Shown: positions 1 to 13,200 of the stretch, piece after piece
Layout: each line of letters starts with the position of its first letter
Position numbering within the stretch: position 1 is the first letter of the stretch
The notes under the pieces: model-generated
Seen by the model: the letters and a program-made list of their open reading frames with translations, nothing else
Told to the model about the DNA's origin: nothing
The model's database searches: none
Made by a program: the position numbers and the translations under genes
Assembly: GCA_951406725.2 (NCBI GenBank)
Contig: OX597822.1
Location: 63,426,001 to 63,490,000, forward strand
DNA from: Octopus vulgaris
Taxonomy: Eukaryota
Reading direction: 5' to 3'
DNA length: 64,000 nt

Positions 1-1400
1 AAGGTAAAATCTGAGTTCGTTAGGCAATCTAACTAGTCCATAAACTAGGAAGAGGTTCTGTTAATCATGTGAGCAAGAAAGTAGGTTTGAAAAATCTGAG
101 AAAGTGAGATTTTTAGGGGAAAGATAAGTGGCTATGAACCGGGAGCAACAGGGAGACAAGACTAAACGAAAAACATATTTGAACTAGACAGAGTAATGAG
201 AGTATATATATATATATGTGTGTGTTTGCCTCTGATACCAAAAGGTACCATTGCCAAAACAGGCTGAATGTTCAGTCAGCTATGCCAAGTTTTCAACATC
301 CAAGCAGCTGCACGCAATCATCTCATTCTGACAATGCTTGAGAGTGTGTTATTATGGTCACAGAGGGTAACTATATGTCCATATCATAAATCTGTTGATT
401 TATCAGTAATGTTTCTATCCAGAACAATATTCCACTAGCATATTACCTACTCTTAAAGGAGAACAAAGTTAACATGTTCTCAATGGAGAATGTTTTTGAG
501 GTTTCTTATTTCTTTATTGCCCACAAGAGGCTAAACATAGAGGGGACAAACAAAGACAGACAAACGGATTAAGTTGATTACATCAATCCCCAGTGCGTAA
601 CTGGTACTTAATTTATGACACCAAAAGGATAAAAGGCAAAGTTGACCTCGGCAGAATTTGAACTCAGAACGTAATGGCAGACAAAATACCGCTAAGCATT
701 TCGTCCTGCATGCTAACGTTTCTACCAGCTCGCCGCCTTGTTTTGGCCAAATTTATCAAGGACAAAGGCTGCTTTTGACATAGGTAAAGAAGATTTAGCT
801 TTACAGATATTGTATAGAGAGGAGAGAGAGAGAAGATGATTATTAATGATGTCTCTATCATTCTTGGGGTATTGGAAATGAGAGTAATTAGTAGCAGGTA
901 GTGTCGGAGAGATTGCCCTTCATGAGAATGGAATCTATTGTTCCAAAAATCAGGATAGATGGCGATAGAGAGATTGAAGAGATAGGGACTAGCTTTGGGT
1001 TGCGTTGTTTGAAAGTAATGAAAGGGATTCTGTCTAAGCTGTTAGCCTTGTTGATTGAGGTGGCCAGAGCTACTTTTGCTTTTAGCAAGTATGTGTATTC
1101 AATGGTATTCTGGTATGCATATGGGAGGAGATAAGATGAGTTTTGAAGGAGTTTAGTCTAGTGTGGAGTTGAAATTCGAATGTATAGGTTTTTCTCAGCA
1201 GGAGAACTATTTATGAAACCATTGAGGAATGGTGAGTAGAACAATCTGGTAAAATCAGTAGAGACCCTTTTGACAAGAAACCAAAAGAATTTAGAAGAGT
1301 TGCAAGTTGCGTAAGCATTTTTGTAAGGGATCTTGCTGGAGTTGTGTGTTTCTAGCCAGGATTTTTTTTTCTTTTCCAAGTTTCAGCTCATGCTGGGGCA
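1..1400 (-). pseudogene. Decayed non-LTR retrotransposon ORF2 fragment (CR1/Jockey-like RT N-terminal region), interrupted by a SINE
   Basis: Minus-strand pieces SSKFFWFLVKRVS..SSPAEK and KVALATSINKANSLDRIPFITFKQRNPKLVPI..ILMKGNLSDTTCY resemble the K..GPDGIP..LK..P.L.PI..PIPKKG..D..NYRPI region before LINE RT; many stops and frameshifts. Confidence 0.55.
502..737 (-). mobile_element. tRNA-derived SINE family B; other copies near 8990-9220(+), 19885-20090(+), 21610-21820(-), 22795-23030(-), 39173-39565(+), 54345-54780(+, two)
   Basis: Recurrent consensus GGCGGCGAGCTGGCAGAAACGTTAG...GAGTTCAAATTCCGCC (Pol III B-box-like)...GCCTTTCATCCTTTCGGGGTCGATAAATTAAGTACCAG...AATAAAGAAATAAG. Confidence 0.85.
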
Positions 1401-2989
1401 CTTCTGTTGCAAGCTTTATGGATCATGTTGTTGGCTTGTACTGCTGCTGTAAAGCTACAAATGGAGCAATTAGGGGATTTGGGTCATGTCTTTCAGTTGC
1501 CTACTGGTGAACTGGGCAGAAGCATTAGAGCTTTAGATAGAATACCTTACTCTCTTGTTCTGGCTTTCTGGGCTCTGGGTTCAAATCTTGCTATGGTCAG
1601 CTTCACCTTTCTTCTCTTCAGAGTCAATAAAGTGCCAGTCAAGTACCGAAGTTAGTTTCTCTTCTCTCCTCTTCTATCTTTCTCTCAATCAGCTATATGG
1701 AGCAACTACAAAAGAAAAGTTCTCACAGTGGCCCCACCCAATCCCTTTAATGTCTGTGGACAGACGTTAGCAGTTACCTACTTAACTGCTCTGTGGTGTG
1801 TCACATTTGTTGCCATAAATAATTCGTGTAGAAATTGTAGGGCTCTGACCAGTCAACAGAAGTGCCAATGGCACTGGTGTGTGTGTGGTGGGGTTGGGTT
1901 GGAGGTGCAATTGATATATGAATGTGCAGTGAGTAATTTGTTGTAGGCTGTTGTTGGATGATCTGATATTAAGAGTGGAGAAAGATATCAAATATATTTA
2001 GCATATCCATATGCTAAACAGGAATATGTATGGAGGGTGTTACTAATGTATTCACTTGGGTAGGATTCAGTTTCAAATATAACACAATCCTTATTTTCCA
2101 TTCCAGCATGGAAACTGGGCATTAACTGATGAGGTTGATGACTTTCTGTAACTGAAATCCAACAATATTTTTATGTATTTTTATCCACTGCATGGCACCT
2201 TGGGCAAGTGTCTTCTATTATAGCCTCAGGCTGACGAAAGCCTTGTGAGTGGATTTGGTAGGTAGAAACTACAAGAAGCCCATCGCGTATATATATATAT
2301 ATGCAGACACACAAATATATACATACATACATATATATATATATATTAGTGTGTGTGTGCCTGCGTTTGTCCCCCCCACCATCGCTTGACAACCGATGTT
2401 GGCATGTTTATGTCCCCGCAACTTAGCAGTTCAGCAAAAGGGGCCAACAGAATAAGTACTAGGCTTACAAAGAATAAGTCCTGGGGGCGATTTGTTTGGC
2501 AAAGGTGGTGCTCCAGCATGGTCTCAGTGAAATGACTGAAACAAATAAAAGGCTGAAAGATTGAAAAGACTATCCTTTTATATAATGTGATTGACGAGTA
2601 CACCTATAGTTAGTTTTTTTTGGGGTTTTTTGTTTTAAAGAAATCATCATCATCATCGTGATTTTACATGTTTTCCGTGATGGCACGGGGTTAGACGATT
2701 TAATGTGAGCTGGCAAGCCAGAGGGCTGCACCTGGCTCCAATCATCTGTTTTGGCATGGTCTCCATGGCTGGATTTTACAGACTGTACTGGGTACTTTTT
2801 ATGTGGTGCCAGAATGAGTGCTTTTTACATAGCAGTGGTATGGGTGCTTTTTACGTGGGGCCAGCATGTAAAATTCTTATAAATCTTAAAATCCTTTTGC
2901 TATCATATTTCTGTTGAAATACATTGTCTTTCTTTCAATTAATTTTGAAAGTAATGAAGAATTTAGCAAAATAACTTAGTCGTTATTAA

Positions 2990-3208
2990 CCTTTTCGTTA
3001 CCGTATTTATTTTGAGATGCTCTGTGTTTCAATTAATTTTGAATATAACAAAGAATTTAGTAAAATAACTTAGTTATCATTAAGCTAGCATTAGGAACAT
3101 AAATTGTGACTAAGGTTTGGTGGAAGAGTTTTAATTCAAAACTTATGAAAACAAGACTTTTGTACCACAGAGCTAGGAGCAGTTTCAGCCGGATTAGTAT
3201 CAAAATGG
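2990..3208. mobile_element. piggyBac-type MITE (family B) nested in a related MITE (about 2890-3342); other copies about 15240-15442, 55080-55290, 55315-55536
   Basis: TTAA at 2986-2989 and 3209-3212 flanking CCTTTTCGTTAC...GTATCAAAATGG termini; shared interior (GAATTTAGTAAAATAACTTAGTTATCATT, AAATTGTGACTAAGGTTTGGTGGAAG). Confidence 0.75.
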
Positions 3209-6103
3209 TTAAGCTGGTGTTTGTAACTTAAATTTACATAAAATTCTGATGGGAGGTTTTTTCTTTATTCAGATCATTTTAAAACAGAAACTTGTCATAC
3301 AGCCAGGGCCTGTTTCAAACAGGTTGATATCAAAAGGTTTAAGACACAAAAGCTAAACAACTGAAAATACAAACAATAATACTAGCATGCTTCCATGTTT
3401 TTGCTCAGCAACCTTTGTTTAAAAGCTGTTGAGTGTAGGTTGCAAAACAGGTTAAAAATAAATAGGTCGTTGTTCACAAAATCCTTATTATTCAAAAACT
3501 CCCAAAATCTTAGTCATCATCTGATTATCCTGTCATTCCTTTTGATTCAACTTTTCTTTACTTGCGGTTTTGTTATATTTGCCTCTCCCCCCTCCCGCCA
3601 CACACTTCCAGAAAATATTTTACGAGCTCTTGATAGCTTGCTTTCTCCTTGGAGATTTTAACGCCTTACATTTCCTTTAGTTGAGTTTTGTTGCCTTTCC
3701 ATAGATTAATGTTACTCTAAAACGTCACCAACTGCACACTGTCTTCAAATTGAAATTTTTTGCACTGTAAGCAGTACATCTCGTTTCTTCACATCTGTAT
3801 TGTTATTACAAGAGCATACTCTGAGGATTTTCACGCTCCCAGCATATATATGTCAGTGACATTAACTTGCATGTTTTAAGCTGTATTTTTAAATTAATCA
3901 CTTCCAAACAATAGTGTATAAATGCAGTTTACAGTTGTCATTAAATGTCCTTATTATGCGTAGTGTTTCATAACTGCAGGCAATGAAGTGTACACATTAG
4001 ATGTTAGCTGTCTCAAGGTTACTGCCTTTGTTATCTTTAATTTACAGAGGTTTGTTGTGTTTATCACCGTCATCAGTTAACATCTATTTCCCATGCTGGC
4101 ATAGGTGGAACGGTTCAACTGGAGCTGACTAACCAGAGGATTGCCAAGCTCTTGCTGATGCCAACCATTTCACAGAATGTACTAGGTACTTTTTGTGTGG
4201 CACTGGCACCAATGAAGACACCAAATAAACTTGTTGATATCTTGCAAGACTAGGCCCTTTAACTGACGGGGGTGGGTGGGGGGTAGTATTAAGGGATATG
4301 GTTTTGTCCTAGATAGTGAATGGCTGGAGTATGATAGAGTGATACTAGCAGGTATCTTGCTGTAAATGAGAGACATGGCTACCCTAGTTGTAAAAGAGAT
4401 GAGGACAAGATGATAGTGAAGGTGTGTCAAAAAAAAACATTCTTTAAAACAAGAAGACAAGGATAATTTAGTCCAATGTACAATATCTGAATAAAAGATG
4501 AGGTGGTCACAGCTGGAAAGCTAATGATCATACCCATGGAATTAACCCTCAAGTTAAAGAGAGGTATGGAGGATTGGACAGGGTGAGTGGGTTTATATAT
4601 ATATATATATCATCATTTAGCGTCCGTTGTCCATGCTAGAATGGGTTGGACAGTTTGACCAGGGTTGGCAAGCTGGAAGGCTGTACCTGACCCCAGTCTG
4701 ATTTGGCACAGTTTCTACTGCTGGATGCCCTTCCCAATGCCAACCACTCCAAGGGTGTAATGGGTGCTTTTACATGTCGCCGGCACAGGTGTCATTTGTA
4801 TGACACTGGTATCTGCCACAACTGCAATTTCACTTTTCTTGATGTGTTTTCTTTCCACGCACAACATAATGCCAAAGGTCTCAGTCATATATATATACTT
4901 ATTATACTGGAGTATAATATCTACTCCCCCAATATTGATAGTGCTTATTTTTTTTATGTTAAATATCTTGTATCATACACAAATAACTTCAATAGTTGCA
5001 CAGCAGCTCTATTGATGTAGGAGGAAGTGCAAACACCGAGGATTATAAATATTGAAGTTACTAAGATTGATGTTTTCAGAGATGAGTGTACAATTCGAGG
5101 GTAGATTTTCGTTGCTATTCTTAGATGCTCTCTTAATGGTGATGGTGATGGTGTTTGCTTTGGTGGCATTAACAATAATATATTAAAGCAATATAATATT
5201 TACAAGAAGCAATTTAAAATTAGAGTGGAAAGTGTTTTAGAAAATCACAGCAATCAATGTGAGTTAGAAATATAGAAGTGACAAAAAAAAAAAATCTTTT
5301 TTTTATATATAAATATATATTATGATGGTGGAGACATGTGGCTTAGTGGTTAGAGTATCAGCATCATGATCGTAAGATTGTGGTTTCGATTCCTGGACCG
5401 GGCGACACATTGTGTTCTTGAGCAAAACACTTCATTTCACATTGTTCAAGTCCATTCAGCTGGCAAAAATGAGTAACGCTGCGATGGACTGGCATCCCGT
5501 CCAGCTGGGGAACACATACACCATAAAAACCGGGCCCATGAGCCTGGCTTGGCTTTAAAAGGGCAAAGAAAAAATATATTGATGCCATAACTCTTTAGCA
5601 TTTAAACCGGCCATATCTGATGCAAATATTCTTCCTGTTTTATATTCAAACTGGCCAAATCTGGCTTCTCACATCTACCCTACAAAGTAATTCTAAAAAT
5701 AGATATTCACATCAACAAAATCTGAAAACTATGAGATGATGCATTGATTAATGAAGAACAATGTGACTAAAATAAGCATTACATTTGACATAGTAATCTG
5801 AATGCTGAAGAGTTAAAAATCCTTTATCAAGAGTAAATGTAGATTGAACTTAGCTCTAATCTGCATACATGTGGGTGGGTTTGCCGCATGCATAGACTGT
5901 TAATGTTTATGTTTGTCACTTAGTGTTGCACACCTGTTGTTGATGGTGGGATTTATTTATTTATATTTTTAACAAGAATGGCCTTTTTAATTCTCAAGTT
6001 TCTGATATTCCATTCTGTGGCTTTGGTGCTCACCATTATGTCCCGGTTACAACATCTCTCTAGATGTTTTTCAAAAAAATTTTTTTTTTTTCTTAAATTT
6101 TAG

Positions 6104-6137
6104 GCCGATAGTACTACACAAGATGCAAGCCCATCAG
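6104..6137 (+). CDS. RANBP3: RANBP3-like first visible coding exon (ADSTTQDASPS)
   Basis: Long poly-T tract + TAG acceptor, GTCAGT donor; phase 0 to 1; starts with Ala-Asp, consistent with an upstream exon ending in ATG. Confidence 0.6.
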
Positions 6138-7239
6138 GTCAGTATTTACATATATTATACCCCCTTTATATTTTAATTATGTACCCCTTTTATTTTTTTT
6201 ATTCAAATTTAAAGCATCTGTTTTAAAATTTTCATTGAATGTTTTATTACACATAAGCATGTCTTAAAATATTCTGTTGTAGCACACTTGGCACTCTCCT
6301 GGTTTTATAACTACTGTCAAAAAGAGCAATAATAACGTGGTTCTGTTCTATTTACTTAAAATTATGTTTAAACGGAATTAAAGTGTCATCTTGAAGCACT
6401 GATACTGTACACCTTTATGTCCCAAATAGATTTTTCAGCACATTTTATGTTTATTATTATCAAGATAATTACTTCGATGTTTATTATGTAATCAGTCTGA
6501 TAAACACTTCTCATAGCTTCAGTTTTGTAAATTTTCTCAAAGGTTTACACAACTAGGCGTTGGAGTGGCTGTGTGGTAAGTAGCTTGCTTATGAACCACA
6601 TGGTTCTGGGTTCAGTCCCACTGCATGACACCTTGGGCAAGTGTCATCTACTATAGCCTCGAGCCGACCAAAGCCTTGTGAGTGGATTTGGTAGATGGAA
6701 ACTGAAAGAAGCCCGTCGTACATATGTGTGTGTGTATATGTTTGCGTGTCCTTGTTTGTCCCTCCAACATCACTTGACAACCGATGGTGGTGTGTTTACA
6801 TCCTCGTAACTTAGCGGTTCAACAAAAGAGACTGATAAAAAATAAGTACTAGGCTTATAAAGAATAAGTCCTGGGGTCGATTTGCTCAACTAAAGGTAGT
6901 GCTCCAGCATGGCCGCAGTCAAATGACTGAAACATGTAAAAGAGTATTACATCTGGTAAAGAAATTCTAAAACCATGAAATGCAAAAATTAATTATTTAT
7001 GATAAAATGAAATAACAACTTTAATTTTTCTGTAATAAATTTTTCTGTTTCAATCATTTGACTGCGGCCATGCTGGAGCACCGCCTTTAGTTGAGCAAAT
7101 CGACCCCAGGACTTATTCTTTGTAAGCCTAGTACTTATTCTATCGGTCTCTTTTGCTGAACTGCTAAGTTACAGGGGTGTAAACACATCACCATCGGTTT
7201 TCAAGAGATGTTGGAGTAACAAACACAGATGCACACACA

Positions 7240-7283
<44 letters not shown>

Positions 7284-10200
7284 CATACATACGACAGGCT
7301 TCTTTCAGGTTCTGTCTACCAAATCTACTCACAAGGCTTTGGTCGGCCTGAGGCTTTAGTAGAAGACACTTGCCCAAGGTGTCACGCAGTGGGAATGAAC
7401 CCGAAACCATGTGGTTGGTAAGCAAGCTACTTACGACACAGCCACTCCAGCGCCTATCTAGAAAATTAGGAACAGATTATGGTTGAAAACAAAACCTAAA
7501 TTCTTAATACTCACATTGCAGCTCTTATTGTCCCTTATATCTGATCATATTTTTCTAGGTGGAATATTGTCATTTTAAAATGATTTTGTTATTGTGGTAA
7601 AATAATGTTTATAGACTAGTTTATTATATTTAAGATGATTCCTTGGAGGAATGATTTAATGAAATAAGTTAACATTTTAGCATTTAAACCAGCCATATTT
7701 AACCCAAATATTTTTCCAGTTTTGTGTTCAAACTGGTCAAATCTGGCCTCTCACACTGACCCTAAAATGTCGTTCTAAAAATAAAAGAACTGCATCATCA
7801 AAGTTTCAAGGCCATGAGATAATGCATGATTAATTCAAGCATTACATTTGACTGTGTAACCTGAATGCTAGAGGGGTGAAATAATATAAAGCATACAAGA
7901 AACTCAATATAGTCGAATAATCCCAAGTCTGGAATAATTATGAATTTGGCTTCTTTTTACAGGCATCACTAATTTATTGGTGCAATCTATTTCTTAGCTT
8001 CCAGTTGCTGTATGTTGATTGAAACAATTGTTTTCTTCAATATTCTTCTGCTTATAATTATTTTATCAATTTATTTAGTTTCAGAAAGTAAAACTGGAGA
8101 CACAAATGGTGTGGTCTCCTCAACTTCATCTTTGGGTTCATGTCAAAGTTCATCATCAAGTATAGCCTCTCCACAGACTGTATCATCTTCGTTTATTTCA
8201 CCATCTCGTCTTAGATTTTGTAAGCCTTCTGTTACAGGTATGATGGTTTTACTTTACTTCAGCTTTGACTTCATGTTAATCTTAATACTGATTAGCTTGC
8301 TTGAAAAGAAATATAACAAAAAAGATATGGCATTAAAATAAAAGAAGGAATGATTCCATGTTACTCAGTACACCGCCTTACTGGCATGTGAAAAACATTC
8401 GAGCGACGTCATTGCCAGTGCCACTGGACTGGCTCCTGTGCAGGTGGCACGTAAAAAACACCACTTCAGCGTGGCCGCTATCCGTACCGCCTGACTGGCC
8501 CTCGTGCCGGTGGCACATAAAAAGACCCACTACACTCTCGGAGTGGTTGGCGTTGGGAAGGGCATCTAGCTGTAGAAACACAGCCTGATCAGATTGGAGC
8601 CTGGTGCAGCCATCTGGTTCGCCAGTCCTCAGTCAAATCGTCCAACCCATGCTAGCATGGGAAGTGGACGTTAAACGATGATGATGATGAGTATTTTTTA
8701 TTGCTTACCCAAGCCATGTAATGCTGTTGCTTGACAAACACTCAGAACTGCAATATTTAGTGGTTGAGAGGCTTAGATGCCAGACAAAACTTGTGGCATC
8801 AATTCATGCAAATAGTGTTGGATTGGATTGCCTAGCCTATGTTTGGTCCATTGCTGGATGAAGGCCTCAGTATGTTCTCTCCACAAGCCATGGTCCAATG
8901 TGAAGGCTGTGATTTTGAGCTTGAGACCATACCAGTTTGATGAGCTTACTGTTGCACTGGCTTGATGTGGTTTGGCAGAAGGATGAAGCTAGCAAGTTGG
9001 CAGAAATGTTAGCACGCTGCGCAAAATGCTTAGTGGTATTTCGTCTGCCGTTACGTTCTGAGTTCAAATTCTGCCGTGGTTGACTTAGCCTTTCATCCTT
9101 TCAGGGTCAATAAATTAAGTACCAGTTATTTACTGGGGTCAATGTAATCGACTTAATCCATTTGTCTGTCCTTGTTTGTACCCTCTATGTTTAGCCCATT
9201 GTGGGCAATACAGAAATAAGATGGATGTAGGTTCTTTTTTTTTTATTTTAATATATGTATATATATATCACTACTTACACTCAAGAGTAAAATCAATTAC
9301 ATCAACCCCAGCACTCAACTAATACTTATTTTATTGACTCCCAAAAAGATGAAAAGCTTAGTCAACCTTGGTAGAACTTAGCACATAAAGGTTGACGAAA
9401 TACCACTAAGCATTTCGCCCAGCAGGCTAACAATTCTGCTAGCTTGCCTTATACACAAACACACACACACACACACATGCATATATATGTATGTACATTC
9501 ACTGGGCTTTTACTGTTTCCATCAACCAATTTATGCTCAGAAAGTATTGGTTGACCCAAATATATGCTAGGTAACATTGGCCCAAGGTGCTGCACGGTGT
9601 AATTGAACCCAGAACCATATGGTTGTTAAGTGAATCTCTGATTCCTAGCATGATTAAAAAAATAAATAAGACAAACTATTTTAATATGCTGGCATAAAAA
9701 GAAAAAAAAATCATTTACTTGCTGGTTTATGAAGTTTCACCTTTTTTTAATATACATTTCTGTCTCATTACAGTTCTGGGTGTTTCCACATCATCTAACC
9801 CAGGTAAGTTGAGAAGACTTGAAATTTTTATTTTCTTATTTCTTGTCTGAAAATGTAAAAATAGTTTTAGTTTTCTGTATAGATTTGATTATTATTCTGG
9901 GATTTTAGGGACCCAAATCACTGTGGTAGGGTGTCATGTTTTCTTAATCTCTTCTGGTCTAGCTTAATTTATCTTTTATCTTTTACTTGTTTCAAACATT
10001 GCACTGCAGTTATGCTGGGGTACCACCTTCAAATGTGTAGTTGAACAAATTGACCCCAGTACTTATTCTATTGGTTTCTTTTGCCAAACTACTTAGTGAT
10101 GGGCAGTGGGGTGTGTGTGTGTGCCAAACACAAACACATATGTACATATATATAGAATGGGCTTCCACACATATGTACATATATATAGAATGGGCTTCCA

Positions 10201-13200
10201 CACAGTTTCCATCTACCAAATTCACTCACAAGGCATTGGTTGGCTCAAGGCCTTAATTGAAGACGCTTGCCTAAGGTGCCACACAGTAGGACTGAACCCA
10301 AAACCATGTAGTTGTTAAGCAAGCTTCTTAACCACACAGCCATACTTATGCCTTGGTTATCTCAATTTCATTGTTACATAAATTATTTCAAAATCTCTCT
10401 TTGCATTATCAGTGACAGCTATAAAATTCCTTTTTCCTAATCTCCACTTCTGTAGCTATGGTTACTAGCTAGCAGTAGATGGTGCATAGATATACTTTGT
10501 AAAAAGTATACTGTTGAATTTATCGACTTTACATGATGCACTTGCCTCTCCTAGTGGTTCTTTTTTTTTTATCATGCCACTCTCTCCACCCTGTAATAAC
10601 ATCTATCTGGCTACCCTCCTTTTACTTCCACTCCTGTCTCTTCTTGAAGTGTTTGTTTAAGATAACCTAACACCCTCACGCCACCAACACCACAACCACC
10701 ATCTTTGTTATCTGCTAGATGAGAAGGTCATGAAAATTCTATCTGAATTGCCTCTACAATTCAGAATAGCTTTACAAATCAGGAACCCCAGAGCTAGTAT
10801 TAGTTTGTAATGAAAAATTGCTACGAAAGGAAACTGAAACCAGATGTGTAAAGGAGCAGGAATACAATAAAATTTAATATGCCCCCCCACTAATCTTCCT
10901 TTAATTGTAGGAATAATGTGTGAAGTTAATATTTATCTTGCTTTGTGTCTTGATGCCGATCTTTACCCTCTTTATTATGGTTCTATTGAAATGCCAACCC
11001 GTATCTTATCTTACAGTTCTTGCTGCTAGTAAAATGATGCCAAACCCTTTTGCTCCTAAAGCCTCCCTAAAGAGTGAAACTGTATCACTGGCATCTATAA
11101 CATCACAGTCTTGTGAAGGTCAGTTATTTTCTTTATACTTTTAGTATTTGTTTCTCTTTTAATTGTTGTTGACGTGAAGCTAGCTATTGATTTTGTCATT
11201 TATATCTGCTTTAAGGGTTATTTACAGCAAGGTTTAGGTCTTTTTTTTCTCCCTTGTAAGCTGCTTGAAAGAGACCATAGCTGAGCAGTTCAAAAACATC
11301 AGTGATGGAAGCCCGTTGTTAAATCAATGCCTTAATTAGTGGCTTAGTACGGGTTCTCAGAGTCTAAAGACAAAAATATTTTTGACATCAAAGGAAATTC
11401 TGTGCCCCCTTATACCTACTCCCAAGGACAACTGTCCCTTACACCGCTGGTATGAGCTTTATATTTTTTGTAGAAAAACTGTATTTCAGTTAATTCTTAA
11501 AATAATTGTGAATCCCAGTTGTTTTTGTAAAGCAAATATAAATTTAATTTTAAATATATTAGTATTTTAACCTCAACAAAAGTGTCTTTTTTAAATTTAT
11601 GAATGTCTAAACTCAAAATAACCCAGATAAAATCTCCTTTAAAAAACAAAAATCATTCTTTAATACAAGAGAAGATATGGATAATTTAGTTCAGTGTACA
11701 ATATCTGAATAAAAAAGATGAGGTGGTCACAGTTGGAAAACCAATGATCATACCTACTGGATTAACTGTTTGGTGTTTTAAACCAGTCATATCTGGCCCA
11801 AATATCCCGGCTGTTTTATGGTCAAACTGGCCAGATCCAGCTTCTCACATCTGCCTAATAATGTCATTCTGAAGACAAACACTCACTTTAATGAAATCTG
11901 AAAGCTACAAGATAATGCATGATTAGTTCAAAGCAATGAATAAAAATAAGCATTACATTTGACAGAGTAATCTGAATACTAAAGGAGTAAACCTAATCAA
12001 CAACCTCTTTGCAGTTGGATTATAATATTGATTGGTAAATATCTTTGCTACAGGCTCAGCATCATACTAATGATTAGATACCAACTAGTGACTCTTTCTT
12101 GGGCTTTGATGACAGATTGACTTAACCGCTTGATATTTCCCTTTACAGTTCCTCTTTCAATTGATTTTCCTTTCTCTTATATTTACATCTTTTGTTTTAT
12201 TTCATAGGTATTATTGCACCAAGTCGATTTGGTGCATCCCGCCAAGCTGATCCAGATTCTACTGGTATGTTGAGACCAATTACTATTTATAAATTTTTTT
12301 CAATAACATACTTGGTTTTCCTGTTTAGGATTTCTGGGCACAAGACAAATACACTGTTGTGGAAGTGTCTAAGGGAGATAATTCTGTGAGAGTATTATTT
12401 TAAATAATGATATAACTGAAATGTAATTAAAACATATCTTTTGTCTATAACTTCCTGTCTGTCCCATAATAATGACAAGAACGAATGCAGCTTGAATCTT
12501 CGAAATCTTTTATCTTAAGAAGATACATTTATATGTATGTGTAAGAAACCTCTCACTCGAGAATCAAGAAAGGGTTAGTTACAGGAAGGACATCTAGCTG
12601 TAAAACAGTGCTTCAACAATATGCCTAATCCATTCTAGAATGGGAAAGCAGACAAAACGAATGAACAAATTTATGTGTATGGCTTTTCCACTGATTTACA
12701 TCTATCATAAGGTGTGAACTCCTGCAAGTGAACTGATAAACCAGTACTTTCAAATAAAAATTGCCTTGTGGTATTTGTTCTGAAATGCAGCAAACCCATG
12801 ATTGGCTCATTAGAAACTTGCTACAAACAATGATACTATTGACACTATAGGACTAACAAGCATTATGTCTTAACACTTCAGACTAAATGCCATAAAATAA
12901 CTTTGTATATTGTTTTCTAATTATGCTCAGCTAAAAGGAGATGGTTAGATCAGTTCACATTGCCCCGTAAGGAGCATAGGGCTGGTTTCCCATTTTTTTC
13001 TGGCTTATATTCCTCCCTGGATGGGACGCTGAACTCTTGCAAGATTGCTCATTTTTACCAGCTGAGTGGACTGGAGCAACGTAAAATAAAGTGTTTTGCT
13101 CAAGAACACAATGCATCACCTAGACTAGGAATCGAAACCACCATCTTATGGTTGTGAATCAAACACCGTAACCATTAAGCCATGTGCCCCCTCTAAAAAG

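Noticed and set aside
1229-1237. ATG|GTGAGT as the missing RANBP3 start exon
   Set aside because: Phase fits, but it lies in the antisense strand of a decayed LINE with no promoter-like context; probably chance without transcript support.
4440-4547. About 105-bp similarity to 11655-11767
   Set aside because: Looks like part of a further dispersed repeat family (related pieces near 14500-14660 and 61340-61480), not a specific duplication.
10135-10204. 35-bp exact tandem duplication
   Set aside because: Local slippage inside a SINE microsatellite region; no sign of function.
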